From: Myxococcota bacterium
Lineage (GTDB): Bacteria; Myxococcota_A; UBA796; UBA2385
NCBI GenBank assembly: GCA_044344255.1
Contig: JBIJDH010000017.1
Span: 1-64,000 of the forward strand
Reading direction: 5' to 3'
DNA: 64,000 bases
The position numbers and the translations under genes are program-made. The first letter of the stretch is position 1, and each line of letters opens with the position of its first letter. The notes beneath the pieces were generated by a model. It was not told the origin of the DNA and did not search any database. It saw only the letters and a program-made list of their open reading frames with translations. This document shows, piece by piece, positions 52,000 to 61,256 of the stretch.

Positions 52000-52502
52000 G
52001 CGCCAAGAAGAAGGGGCTCAACCTCAAGCTCTCTGATGGCCAAGGCGCGGTCTCGGACATCAACGTCACGCCGCTCATCGACGTCGTGCTGGTGCTGCTG
52101 ATCATCTTCATGGTGATCACGCCCATCATGCTGCACCAGATGGCGATCAACCTCCCCGAGAAGACAGAGGCCGTGCCGGAAGAGAACGTCCCCCAAGACC
52201 AGCTCGTGGTCGCGGCCTGTAAAGACGGGACGGTCTCCCTGAACCGCACCATCTTCAAGACCCTGCCGGAGCTGCACGACGAGGTGGCGAGGCGGATCCG
52301 CAGCAAGTCGGAGAAGGTCGTCTTCGTAGACTCCGATCCGGACGCCGCCTACGAGGCGGTCGTGGCCCTCATGGACAGCGTCCGCGACGCCGGTGTGACG
52401 CGCATCGGCATCGCCTCGCTGAAGGAGGGGGAGGACTTCATCGCCTGCACTCCCGTGGCCGCTGCTCCGCCCCCCGCTCCCGCAGCGCCCGCTGCCCCCT
52501 GA
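51996..52502 (+). CDS. exbD: Second ExbD/TolR protein
   Basis: [19 protein letters not shown] and Y..VV..MD....AG. Confidence 0.92.
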   Translation: MSAKKKGLNLKLSDGQGAVSDINVTPLIDVVLVLLIIFMVITPIMLHQMAINLPEKTEAVPEENVPQDQLVVAACKDGTVSLNRTIFKTLPELHDEVARRIRSKSEKVVFVDSDPDAAYEAVVALMDSVRDAGVTRIGIASLKEGEDFIACTPVAAAPPPAPAAPAAP

Positions 52503-52526
52503 GCCGCTCCCCCGCGGAGGTGCTGC

Positions 52527-53270
52527 TCAGGGCACGATGAGCTCGCCCCCCTCCTGGGGCGGGCCTTCGTCGATCCAGCGCGCATACTGATCGTGGAGGG
52601 TCGATGCCTCGGCGCGTGCGCCCTCGGCCGTCCACCCGCGGGGATCAATCTCCGGCTGGATCACCAGCACCACCTCCCCCGGGACCACCACGGGAGCGCC
52701 GGGGCGGATGAGCCTGAACGCGCCGTGGCAGACCACCGGCAGCATCGGCGCGCCGGTCTCGCGGGCGAGGTGAAAGGCGCCGAGCTTGAAGGGCTGGAGT
52801 TGCCCCGTCCGGCTGCGGGTGCCCTCCGGGAACACACACGCGGTGCGCGGCCGCTCCCGGAGGAGCTCCCCGATGCGCCGCACCCCCTCTCGGGCCTTCA
52901 CGGGGTCCTTGCGGTCGATGAAGACCATGCCCAGGAGCCAAAAAACGAGGCCGATGAGCGGCATGTAGAGGAACTCCCGCTTCACGAGCCCGGTGAAGCC
53001 TGGGGGGTTCAACGCCGCGATCACGATGAAGTCGAGGGTGCTCGTGTGGTTCATCACGAAGATGCGGCTGCGCCCCTCCATCACCCGCTCCCGCCCGATG
53101 ACCCGCAAGCGCACACCGCCGATGCGGAGCACGGTGCGGGCCCAGACCGGCGCCCAGCGGTTGATGAAGCGGGCGCCGAGCAGCCCCCCCGACAGGATCA
53201 CCACCGCCGAGAGGAAGCTGAAGTAGACCGCGGTCCACAGGACCGCGAGGGCTGTGCGAAGGGGGGCCAT
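52527..53270 (-). CDS. plsC: Lysophospholipid acyltransferase (PlsC family)
   Basis: Motifs NHTSTLD, FIDR, FPEGTRS and PFK.GAF. Confidence 0.88.
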   Translation of the reverse strand: MAPLRTALAVLWTAVYFSFLSAVVILSGGLLGARFINRWAPVWARTVLRIGGVRLRVIGRERVMEGRSRIFVMNHTSTLDFIVIAALNPPGFTGLVKREFLYMPLIGLVFWLLGMVFIDRKDPVKAREGVRRIGELLRERPRTACVFPEGTRSRTGQLQPFKLGAFHLARETGAPMLPVVCHGAFRLIRPGAPVVVPGEVVLVIQPEIDPRGWTAEGARAEASTLHDQYARWIDEGPPQEGGELIVP

Positions 53271-53339
53271 CTCGCCTTTGTACCGCGGATCGGGGCGCGC
53301 CGACGTCGCTGCGATAGAGGCGCCCGCGAGGTGCCTGCG

Positions 53340-54191
53340 ATGGATCCCTGGCTCGCCCTTTGGACCGCCCCCCGCCGTGAGCGGCTGGACGCATGGATGA
53401 CCGCTCGGTTCCGCGAGACGTCGCCTGCCCGCTTCGGCGAAGCCTGCCGGTACCCCATCGAGACCGGGGGGAAGCGCTTTCGCCCGCTGCTCACGCTGGC
53501 CGCCGCCGAGTCCCTCGGGGCGCCCTTCGTCGAGGCGGAGCTCATCGCGGTCGGGGCCGCCGTCGAGCTCGTCCACACCTACTCGCTCGTCCACGACGAC
53601 TTACCGGCGATGGACGACGACGACACCCGACGGGGGCGCCCCACCGCGCACAAGGTCTATGGCGAGGCGCCCGCGATCCTCGTCGGAGACGCCCTGCTCA
53701 CCGAGGCCTTCGCCGTCCTCGCCGGTCGTGCCCTCCCGCCCACGGTGGTGATCTCACTCGTGGCCGAGCTCGCCGCCGCCGCAGGACCGGACGGCATGGT
53801 CGGCGGGCAGGCCTTTGACATCGGCATGGGCGGCCCGATCACCACGGTCGACGGCCTCTTGCGCCTCCACGCCGGTAAGACCGGCGCCCTGATCCGCGGC
53901 GCCGTCCGCCTCGGCGCCCTCGCCGCGGAGGCCGACCCCGAGGCCCTCGCCCGGCTCTCCACCTACGGCAGCGCCATCGGCCTCGCCTTCCAGATGGCGG
54001 ACGACGTGCTCGACGCAGAGCAGGACGCCGGCGAGGACGGCCCCCCCTCCTACGTGAAGCTGCTCGGCGTCGAGGGCACCCGCTCCCGCGCCGCCGAGCT
54101 CCTCGAAGAGGCCCTCGCGGCCATCGCCCCCCTGCCCGAACCCCACGCCCTCGCGGCGCTGGCCCACCATGCGGTCGAGCGCAGCGTTTGA
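53340..54191 (+). CDS. ispA: Polyprenyl (farnesyl/geranylgeranyl) diphosphate synthase
   Basis: Motifs GGKRFRP, HTYSLVHDDLPAMDDDD.RRG, GGQ, KTGAL and FQ..DDVLD. Confidence 0.92.
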   Translation: MDPWLALWTAPRRERLDAWMTARFRETSPARFGEACRYPIETGGKRFRPLLTLAAAESLGAPFVEAELIAVGAAVELVHTYSLVHDDLPAMDDDDTRRGRPTAHKVYGEAPAILVGDALLTEAFAVLAGRALPPTVVISLVAELAAAAGPDGMVGGQAFDIGMGGPITTVDGLLRLHAGKTGALIRGAVRLGALAAEADPEALARLSTYGSAIGLAFQMADDVLDAEQDAGEDGPPSYVKLLGVEGTRSRAAELLEEALAAIAPLPEPHALAALAHHAVERSV

Positions 54192-54930
54192 GGCCGATCG
54201 CCTCGACCGCGTGCTCGTGGCGCGCGGGCTGGCCCCGTCCGTGGAGCGAGCCGCCGCCTTGATCCTCGCCGGGGAGGTGCTGGTCAACGACGCGCCCGCT
54301 GACAAGGCCGGCTCCAAGGTGCCAAAGGGGGCCGTGCTCCGGCTCCGGAGCGCCCCCTCGCGCTACGTCGGCCGCGGCGGGCTGAAGCTCGAGGCGGCCC
54401 TCGACGGCTTCCCCTTTGATCCCGCCGGCCTCGTCGCCGCCGATCTGGGCGCCAGCACGGGCGGCTTCACCGACTGCCTGCTCCAGCGCGGGGCCCGACG
54501 GGTCTACGCGATCGACGTCGGCTACGGTCAGCTCGACTGGCGGCTCCGAAAGCACCCCGATGTGGTGGTGATGGAGCGCACCAACGCCCGCACGATGGCC
54601 GCCTTGCCCGAGCCCATCGACCTCGTCGTGGGCGACCTCTCCTTCATCTCCCTCCGCCTGCTCCTACCGGCCATCTGCCGCCTCGGCCGCCCGGGCGGGG
54701 CCGGGATCTTCCTCGTGAAACCTCAGTTCGAGCTGCCACGGGGCGCGCTCGGCCCCGGGGGCAAGGTCGAGGACCCCGCGAGGCGACAGGAGGCCATCCA
54801 AGGCATCCAGGCCGAATTCCGGGAGGCCGGCTTCACGGTGCGGGGCTCGCTCCCCTCCCCCATCGCCGGCGTCAAGGCAGGCAACGTCGAGGAGCTCGTG
54901 TGGGTGCGGCTCCCGGAGGTGTCACCCTGA
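54169..54930 (+). CDS. tlyA: TlyA-family rRNA methyltransferase
   Basis: S4 domain followed by YVGRGGLKL, DLGASTGGFTD, DVGYGQL, DLSFISL and KPQFE. Confidence 0.93.
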   Translation: MRSSAAFEADRLDRVLVARGLAPSVERAAALILAGEVLVNDAPADKAGSKVPKGAVLRLRSAPSRYVGRGGLKLEAALDGFPFDPAGLVAADLGASTGGFTDCLLQRGARRVYAIDVGYGQLDWRLRKHPDVVVMERTNARTMAALPEPIDLVVGDLSFISLRLLLPAICRLGRPGGAGIFLVKPQFELPRGALGPGGKVEDPARRQEAIQGIQAEFREAGFTVRGSLPSPIAGVKAGNVEELVWVRLPEVSP

Positions 54931-55304
54931 GCTGGCTCCTGCTCCTGCTCCTGGCCTGCGCCACCGAGCCGCCGCCCGCCCCCCTGCCGCCCTCGGCCCT
55001 CGAGGTGGCCGCCCCGATCGGCCGCATGGCCCGCCTGGGCGACCTCGAGGGCTACATCGCACGACCAGCCGACGATGATCCGCACCCCGCCTTGCTCCTC
55101 TGGGTCGGTGACCTCGAGGGCCCCACGCGCGAGCGGGCGATGACCGAGGCGAGGTCTGGCCAGATCGTGCTCGCCGCGCCCCCGCTGGCCGACGCCGCCC
55201 GCAGCCGCGCCTGGCTCCAGGGCATGCGCGGCGCCACCACCGTCGCGGAGCGCTGCCTCCGACCGAGCTGTCCTGATGCGCCGCCGACTCCAGCAGGCCC
55301 GTGA
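54900..55304 (+). CDS. Small hypothetical lipoprotein; start uncertain
   Basis: Lipobox LLLAC; fills the operon gap between tlyA and the metallophosphoesterase gene. Confidence 0.5.
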   Translation: MGAAPGGVTLSWLLLLLLACATEPPPAPLPPSALEVAAPIGRMARLGDLEGYIARPADDDPHPALLLWVGDLEGPTRERAMTEARSGQIVLAAPPLADAARSRAWLQGMRGATTVAERCLRPSCPDAPPTPAGP

Positions 55305-56175
55305 CGCCTGGACCTTCGTGCGCGGCGTCTCCCGGGGCGTGCGCAAGGGAGACCTCTTCCCCGCCGCCGGTCGTCGCGGCCCGGCGGCGGCGCCCGGGGG
55401 CACGACCGAGCCCGAGACCCACGGCGGCCCCTGGCGACGGCTGCGGGAGGAGGTGGGCTGGTTCGTCCAGAGTGAGCACCGGATCGAGCTCCCCGGCCTG
55501 ACGGCCCCCCTCCGCGTGCTGCACCTGACCGACGTCCACCTGCGCGCCGAGGGCCCCTGGCTCGACGCCCTCTGCGCCCGCCTCGCGGCGCTCCCCGCCC
55601 CCGACCTCGTCCTCCTCACCGGCGACGTTGTCACCCGCGGCTGGACGGAGGCGGCCGTGCTGCGCTTCCTCGGCGCTCTCCCTGCGGCCCGCCTCGGCCG
55701 CTTCGCCATCCTCGGCAACTGGGAGTGGTGGGCCGGCGCGCCGCCCATCCGCTGGCGGCCCTTGCTCGAGGGCGCGGGCGTTCGACTGCTCGTCAACGAG
55801 GTGGTCGACCTCGGGGCCCTCATCCTCGGCGGCACCGACGACCACCTCGCCGGAAAGGTCGACCTGCCCGCCTTCCGCGCCGACCTCCCCGTGGGTCGGC
55901 CCACGGTCGTGATGTCCCACAGCCCCGCCGCCTTCGCCGCGCTGGCTGGCCCGCCCGTCCACCTCGTCCTCGCAGGCCACTCGCACGCAGGTCAGCTCCG
56001 CCTGCCGATCCTCGGGGCGATGTGGGTGCCGAAGGGCACCGACCAGTGGATCGCCGGCTGGTACGAGGCGGAGGGGAGCCACCTCTACGTGGGCCGGGGC
56101 CTCGGCTGGTCGATCGCCCCGGTCCGCCTCCGCTGCCCGCCCGAGCTGGCGCTGATTCACCTCCTCCCTGGCTGA
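55276..56175 (+). CDS. Calcineurin-like metallophosphoesterase (YkuE/YaeI-like)
   Basis: Motifs DVH, GD, GNWE, H.P, GHSHAGQ and R..CPPE. Confidence 0.88.
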   Translation: MRRRLQQARDAWTFVRGVSRGVRKGDLFPAAGRRGPAAAPGGTTEPETHGGPWRRLREEVGWFVQSEHRIELPGLTAPLRVLHLTDVHLRAEGPWLDALCARLAALPAPDLVLLTGDVVTRGWTEAAVLRFLGALPAARLGRFAILGNWEWWAGAPPIRWRPLLEGAGVRLLVNEVVDLGALILGGTDDHLAGKVDLPAFRADLPVGRPTVVMSHSPAAFAALAGPPVHLVLAGHSHAGQLRLPILGAMWVPKGTDQWIAGWYEAEGSHLYVGRGLGWSIAPVRLRCPPELALIHLLPG

Positions 56176-56193
56176 TCAGCGCGCCGCAGGGGC

Positions 56194-56625
56194 TCAGGCG
56201 AAGGCGGCCTGCATCGCCGCCGTGTCACTGTACTCGTGATAACCGTACACGAGCCCGTCACGAACGGTCGCCAGCGCCGCGTACTCGTTCTCGCAGATCC
56301 GCCCCGTCGCCCGCACCCGAAAGCGCTCCCGGGCGCGTAAAAAGACGTGATCCCCCGAGGGCCAGAAGCCGAGCACTCGGATCTCGAGGTAGTCCGTGTG
56401 GTCGATGATGTGGTCGATGAAGCGGCGGATCTCCCGCCCCCGATACGGCCCCGCCCATGGGATGACCCGCGGGTCTCCCGGGAAGCTCCACGTGCAGTCT
56501 GGGTGGGTGAGGGCCTCTATACCCTCCCGATCGGCGAGGAGATAGCAGGCAAATGCCGCCTTGACGACATCGATCGGCGAGGCCGCGATGGCAGGATCAC
56601 TTGGAGCGGACGATGCGGAATTCAC
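56194..56625 (-). CDS. NTF2/SnoaL-like protein
   Basis: PD..W..PG....P.AG...G and V.DG......EY.DT patterns; overlaps the 3' end of the upstream megasynthase gene. Confidence 0.8.
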   Translation of the reverse strand: MNSASSAPSDPAIAASPIDVVKAAFACYLLADREGIEALTHPDCTWSFPGDPRVIPWAGPYRGREIRRFIDHIIDHTDYLEIRVLGFWPSGDHVFLRARERFRVRATGRICENEYAALATVRDGLVYGYHEYSDTAAMQAAFA

Positions 56626-59600
56626 GTCGGACCTCCGGGTTGCGCACCTTGCGGGTCACCTCGAAGGAGGCGGTCTGTCGGCCGACCCGACTGTCCATCT
56701 TCCACCATCGGCCGCCCTCCTTCCGCTCGATGTCCACCTCGATGTCGCCGTTGTAGGTGATGTGCGTGTACAGGAACTCGTCATCCGGCAGGGGGTGGAC
56801 GATGAGGATCTGATCCTCGGGCTTGGCGGCGACCCGGACGACGAAGCGGAGGTCGCCCCGCTCGGCCTGGAAGCTCCAGGTGGTCAGGTCGGCGTGGTGC
56901 TCTCGGTTGAAGTAGAAGGCCTCGACCAGGTTGCTGCGATAGACCTCTCCCCGGTAGACGAAGGTGGCCCAAGTAGTGGCCTGAGACCAGTCGTTGAAAC
57001 GGGCGCCGATCGCCTCCATCATGAACTCGGGGTCGCCCTCGAACTCGCCACAGTGGGCCCACGACCAGGCCTTCAGGTGCCGGGTGTTCCAGTAGTGGCC
57101 GTCGCTGGCGAGCTGATCGGTGATCGTGTAAGGCTCTCCGTTCACGACCACGGTTCCGGAGAGGCGGTGCCGCACCGCGTTCGACTGGAAGTGGGGGTAG
57201 AGCTCGAAGGCGTCCATCCCCGTCACCCGCTCGACGCCGATGGCGTCCCGCTTGTCGAGCTGGAGGTCCCAGTCCACCGTGCCCTCGGGCCCCTTCACGC
57301 GGCCCCAGGTGCGACTGTCGCTGTAGCCCGAGGGGCCGATCCGCAGCAGGATCTGCTCGTCGTTGATGACCTCGGCCCGCCCCACCGGGTATCGCTGGCG
57401 CACCGCCACGTCATTCGTGGGGTTACGGCGATCGCGGAACCAGCACCAGACCTCGGCGATGCGCGCCTCCTCGATCGGACCGTTGTGGAGCACGTACCGA
57501 ATGACCATCGACCGTTCGAGGACAGGGTCAGTCCAGAGGATGTAATAGGCCTCGGTGGCGTTCACCGTGGACAGATCGAAGCGGACCCGGTCGTCCACCC
57601 GATCGCCGACGATCGGGGCCTTCGCGACCCGCTGGTGGAGGCCGGAGAGCGAGGGGGGCCGGCTGGTCCCCTTCATCGTGTGGGAGCGGCGGCTCTGCGG
57701 GCCGCTCGGCAGGTTCTCGTAGAAGGCGTTGTCGACGAAGTAACGGGTGTATCGGCCGAGCAGCTCGAGGGGCGGCACGAGCTCGTGGTCCAGATCGGCG
57801 ATGGCCTCCATGAAGGCCGTCTTCTCGGTCGGCGGGAAGTAGATCTGCTCCTCGGACAGGGCGCGGATGAAGTCCACGAAGGGGAAGAGCGCGTTCTTTC
57901 GGAGCCGCTCGGTGCCGAGGTTCAAGAACTCGCGCTTCCAGACGTCCCAGGGCAGGCCGCGGAGCTGGTAGCCCTGGGCGCGATGCCACTCGATGTAGTC
58001 CACCACGGGCTTGCTGTCGGGGTGGAGCACGAACCAGGCCCGGTTCAGGTTGGCCTTCCGCTTCGCGATGTGGACGATCGCCTTGGAGACAAAGTCGATC
58101 GGCGCCATCTCCCACAGGGTGTCGAGCAGCGGCCAGCTCCCGAGCTGGAGGCAGCCCTTCAACATCTGGGGCAGGAACTCGTCGAGCTTCGGGTATCGGC
58201 CGTCGGAGGGGCCGCCCACCATCCCCGGGCGATAGACCCCACCGGGGATGCCCCGCTCGCGAAAGGCGGTCCACACCATCTTGTCGCTGGCGTACTTGGT
58301 CTGCTCATACCCGTTGAGCAGGTCGTCGGCGTAGAGCAGCGGGTCGGCCTCGCGGATGAGGGTGCTCCGACCGTATCCGGTCGACATGATCACGCCGAGG
58401 GTGGAGACGAAGTGCACCTGGATGGGGTTCGGCAGGTCGGCGATGGCGAGCCGGAGCACCGTCTCGGTTGAGTCGACGTTGGTCGGCTTGAGGTGCTGAT
58501 AGGGATAGACAAAGTTCACCCAGGCCGCGGAGTGGACGATGGTGTCGATCCGGGCCGCGAGGCCCTTGAACTCCGCCTCGGAGTGCCCGAGGCGGGGCTC
58601 GAGCAGGTCGCCCAGCACCACCTCGACGCGGCTCAGGTCCACCCGGTCGAGCAGCTCGTAGCGACGCAGGTTGGCGATGATCCGCAGCAGGCCGTCTTCG
58701 GGGGTGGCCGAGCGCACGAGGCAGAGCACCCGGGCGCTCGTCTGCTCGAGCAGCTCGACGAGCAGGTAGATGCCGATGTAGCCGGTGACCCCGGTGAGCA
58801 GCACCGAGCGCATCGGCCGGTCATAGGTGGAGACGTCGAAGCCGGGGTGACAGATGTCGGGGGCGAGCTGCCCCTCCTCGGCGAGGGAGAGCTGGTCGGA
58901 GAGCAGGGTGGGGGCGCGACCGGCCTTCACCTCCTCGATGGCGTGGGCGAGGCCGGCCACCGTAGGCTCGGGGATGGTCTGCAGCGAGATGCTGTCCGGG
59001 ACGCCCTGATCCCACATGCGGGCGAAGGTCTCGGCCGCCTTCAGGCTGTCGCCGCCGAGCTCGAAGAAGTTGTCGTAGATGCCCACCCGGTCGATGCGGA
59101 GCACGTCTCTCCAGATGGCGGCGATCTTCTTCTCCCAGGCCGAGCGCGGGGTGACATATTCGGTGGCGAGGCTCGGGCGGTGGATGCGGGAGGAGGCCTC
59201 GACCGCGGCCTGGAGGGCCTGGAGGTCGTGCCCATAAGCGGCGATGCGGGCATACCCCTCCGCCGCGGCGGTGCGGGGGGTGGTGTCAGTCCCGCCCTCG
59301 ACGGCCGGCTCCTCGGCCGGCGCGGCCGCCGCGAGCAGGGCCTCGGCCTCCGCGGCGTGGAAGCGGACCCGCCCCTGTCCGGCGGCCGTCTCCTCCAAGC
59401 CCAGCCCCGCGTAGAAGCCGCGGGCGACCGCGTTTCGGGGGGCGGCCTCAAAGCGCAGGTGGACGGTGGACAGTCCGGCGGCGACGGCGGCGGCGGTGAT
59501 GTGGCGCACCATCTCGTGCTCGACCCGGCGCCCGAGCACCCGGCAGCTCAGGAGGAAGAGATCGGCCTCCATCACCGGCTCACCCTCCGTGCCCACGCAT

Positions 59601-61252
59601 CCGACCGGGCGGGCCGAGAAGAGTCCGACCATGCCGTAGTCGCCGAACCGATCGGCCACGCGCACCCGGGAGAGGACCCGCCCCGGCTCCGCGGCGAAGA
59701 CCCGCAGCTCACCCTCACCCATCGGGCGGCGGGCGGCGTTGAACTGGTTGGTGCGGTGGGTGAGCTGGGCGGCGCGCGCCCACTCGTCCGGGGCAAGCGG
59801 GCCGATGTCCAGGCGCAGCTCCAGCCGGGCCAAGAAGTCCTCGAAGGTGGAGGCCACCGCCGCCACCGCCGCCCGCGCCTGGCCCTGCTGGTATTGGGCC
59901 GTGCGCCCCCGGTCCTCCTCGGTGACCACCGCGCTGTCGAAGGCCCAGTGGTGCGCGACGAAGTCCGTCAGCCGCGCGGGATCGCCGGGGAGCTCGATCG
60001 CGAGCACCCCGGGCAGCGCCTCCCGGACGAGCGCACACTCCATCGGGCTGTCGTCGAGGAAGAGGAAGCTGTCGAGGCCGAGGTTGAGCTCGCGGGCGAG
60101 GCCGCGGAGGTTGTCGGACTTCGGCTCCCAGTTGATGCGCCAGCCGACGAGGTGCTCACGTTGGAGCGGCATCTCGGGGTGTGCGTCGAAGACCCGCCAC
60201 ACGAGCGCCTCGTCGTTCTTGCTGGCGAGGCAGAGCAGCTTGCCGGACGCCTGCTGGGCCACGAGGAAGCGCTGCAGGGCCGCGTACGGCCCGCTGACAT
60301 CGACCCCCTCCGGGCCCTCCTCCCCCACGACGCCGCCCCAGATCGTGTTGTCGCAGTCCACCACGATCACCTTCGCCGGGCTCGTGTGGAGCGCGGCGAC
60401 GGCGCGGGCGATCTCCGCCCCGATCGCCGCGCAGGCCGGCGGGGTGAAGGGGATGTGGCCGAGGCGGTCACGGGCCTCATCCCACATCCGCGCGATCGGG
60501 AAGCGGTCGTCGACGTGCCGCAGGTCCAGCAGGTGAGCGCCGGGGGCGGCGGACACCGCCTCGATGATGCGCTGGTTCAGTCGGCCGAGCTCGGTGGACA
60601 GCCCGAGCCGGCGGACGGCCCCGGGCGAGCTCGGCGCCAGCGCCACGATCATCGGCGGTCGGCCGCGCCGCTGGAAGGCGTCGAGGGCCCGACAGAGATC
60701 GTCCACCGTGCGCTCCACCTCACCGAGCTCCACCGCGGCTCCGTATCGGAACCAGTCCTCGATCCGCAGCAGCAGCACGCTCACGCCGGACTGGGCGGCG
60801 GAGAATGTGCTGGCGGGGCTCATCAACTCCTGGAACACCTGATTGTAACGAGAGAAGATCACCTCCGGCTCGAAGCGCAGGAGGCCGAGCAGGTGCCGGA
60901 GGGCCTCCTCGATGGGCTCGGCGGTGAAGGTGGCGGCGATGCGAACCGGCAGGCGCGCGGCGGCAGAGGCGGCCCTGGCCGCTCGGTTCTCGCGCATCCG
61001 GAGCAAGGTCTCGACCATGTCGTCGAGGGTGGGGAACTCATAGAGGAGAGTGGGCTCGAGCTCGATCTCGAGCACCTTCTCCAGCTCTCCGGTGAGGCGG
61101 ACCACGTGGACCGAGCTGATGCCGAGCTCGGAGAGGGCCATGGTGAAGTCAATCCGAGTGTAACCGAGGTCGGAGGACTTGGAGAGCTCGTGGTGGAGCC
61201 AGTCGCGGAAGCCCTGGACGCTGCTGCGGGCGGTGGAGAGGAGGGTGCTCAT
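56597..61252 (-). CDS. Multidomain enzyme: ACP - FkbH (HAD-IIIC plus GNAT-like) - PCP/ACP - thioester reductase - C-terminal beta-rich domain resembling tocopherol-cyclase/AttH-type proteins
   Basis: ACP LGISS; FkbH DCDNTIWGG, SKN, LDDSP.E, RTNQFN, DRFGDYG and LSCRVLGR; carrier FFELGGDSL; reductase TGVTGYIG and GYEQTK; then about 330 extra residues with EAYY and GHYW.....W.W.H. Confidence 0.85.
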   Translation of the reverse strand: MSTLLSTARSSVQGFRDWLHHELSKSSDLGYTRIDFTMALSELGISSVHVVRLTGELEKVLEIELEPTLLYEFPTLDDMVETLLRMRENRAARAASAAARLPVRIAATFTAEPIEEALRHLLGLLRFEPEVIFSRYNQVFQELMSPASTFSAAQSGVSVLLLRIEDWFRYGAAVELGEVERTVDDLCRALDAFQRRGRPPMIVALAPSSPGAVRRLGLSTELGRLNQRIIEAVSAAPGAHLLDLRHVDDRFPIARMWDEARDRLGHIPFTPPACAAIGAEIARAVAALHTSPAKVIVVDCDNTIWGGVVGEEGPEGVDVSGPYAALQRFLVAQQASGKLLCLASKNDEALVWRVFDAHPEMPLQREHLVGWRINWEPKSDNLRGLARELNLGLDSFLFLDDSPMECALVREALPGVLAIELPGDPARLTDFVAHHWAFDSAVVTEEDRGRTAQYQQGQARAAVAAVASTFEDFLARLELRLDIGPLAPDEWARAAQLTHRTNQFNAARRPMGEGELRVFAAEPGRVLSRVRVADRFGDYGMVGLFSARPVGCVGTEGEPVMEADLFLLSCRVLGRRVEHEMVRHITAAAVAAGLSTVHLRFEAAPRNAVARGFYAGLGLEETAAGQGRVRFHAAEAEALLAAAAPAEEPAVEGGTDTTPRTAAAEGYARIAAYGHDLQALQAAVEASSRIHRPSLATEYVTPRSAWEKKIAAIWRDVLRIDRVGIYDNFFELGGDSLKAAETFARMWDQGVPDSISLQTIPEPTVAGLAHAIEEVKAGRAPTLLSDQLSLAEEGQLAPDICHPGFDVSTYDRPMRSVLLTGVTGYIGIYLLVELLEQTSARVLCLVRSATPEDGLLRIIANLRRYELLDRVDLSRVEVVLGDLLEPRLGHSEAEFKGLAARIDTIVHSAAWVNFVYPYQHLKPTNVDSTETVLRLAIADLPNPIQVHFVSTLGVIMSTGYGRSTLIREADPLLYADDLLNGYEQTKYASDKMVWTAFRERGIPGGVYRPGMVGGPSDGRYPKLDEFLPQMLKGCLQLGSWPLLDTLWEMAPIDFVSKAIVHIAKRKANLNRAWFVLHPDSKPVVDYIEWHRAQGYQLRGLPWDVWKREFLNLGTERLRKNALFPFVDFIRALSEEQIYFPPTEKTAFMEAIADLDHELVPPLELLGRYTRYFVDNAFYENLPSGPQSRRSHTMKGTSRPPSLSGLHQRVAKAPIVGDRVDDRVRFDLSTVNATEAYYILWTDPVLERSMVIRYVLHNGPIEEARIAEVWCWFRDRRNPTNDVAVRQRYPVGRAEVINDEQILLRIGPSGYSDSRTWGRVKGPEGTVDWDLQLDKRDAIGVERVTGMDAFELYPHFQSNAVRHRLSGTVVVNGEPYTITDQLASDGHYWNTRHLKAWSWAHCGEFEGDPEFMMEAIGARFNDWSQATTWATFVYRGEVYRSNLVEAFYFNREHHADLTTWSFQAERGDLRFVVRVAAKPEDQILIVHPLPDDEFLYTHITYNGDIEVDIERKEGGRWWKMDSRVGRQTASFEVTRKVRNPEVRREFRIVRSK

Positions 61253-61256
61253 CGGT

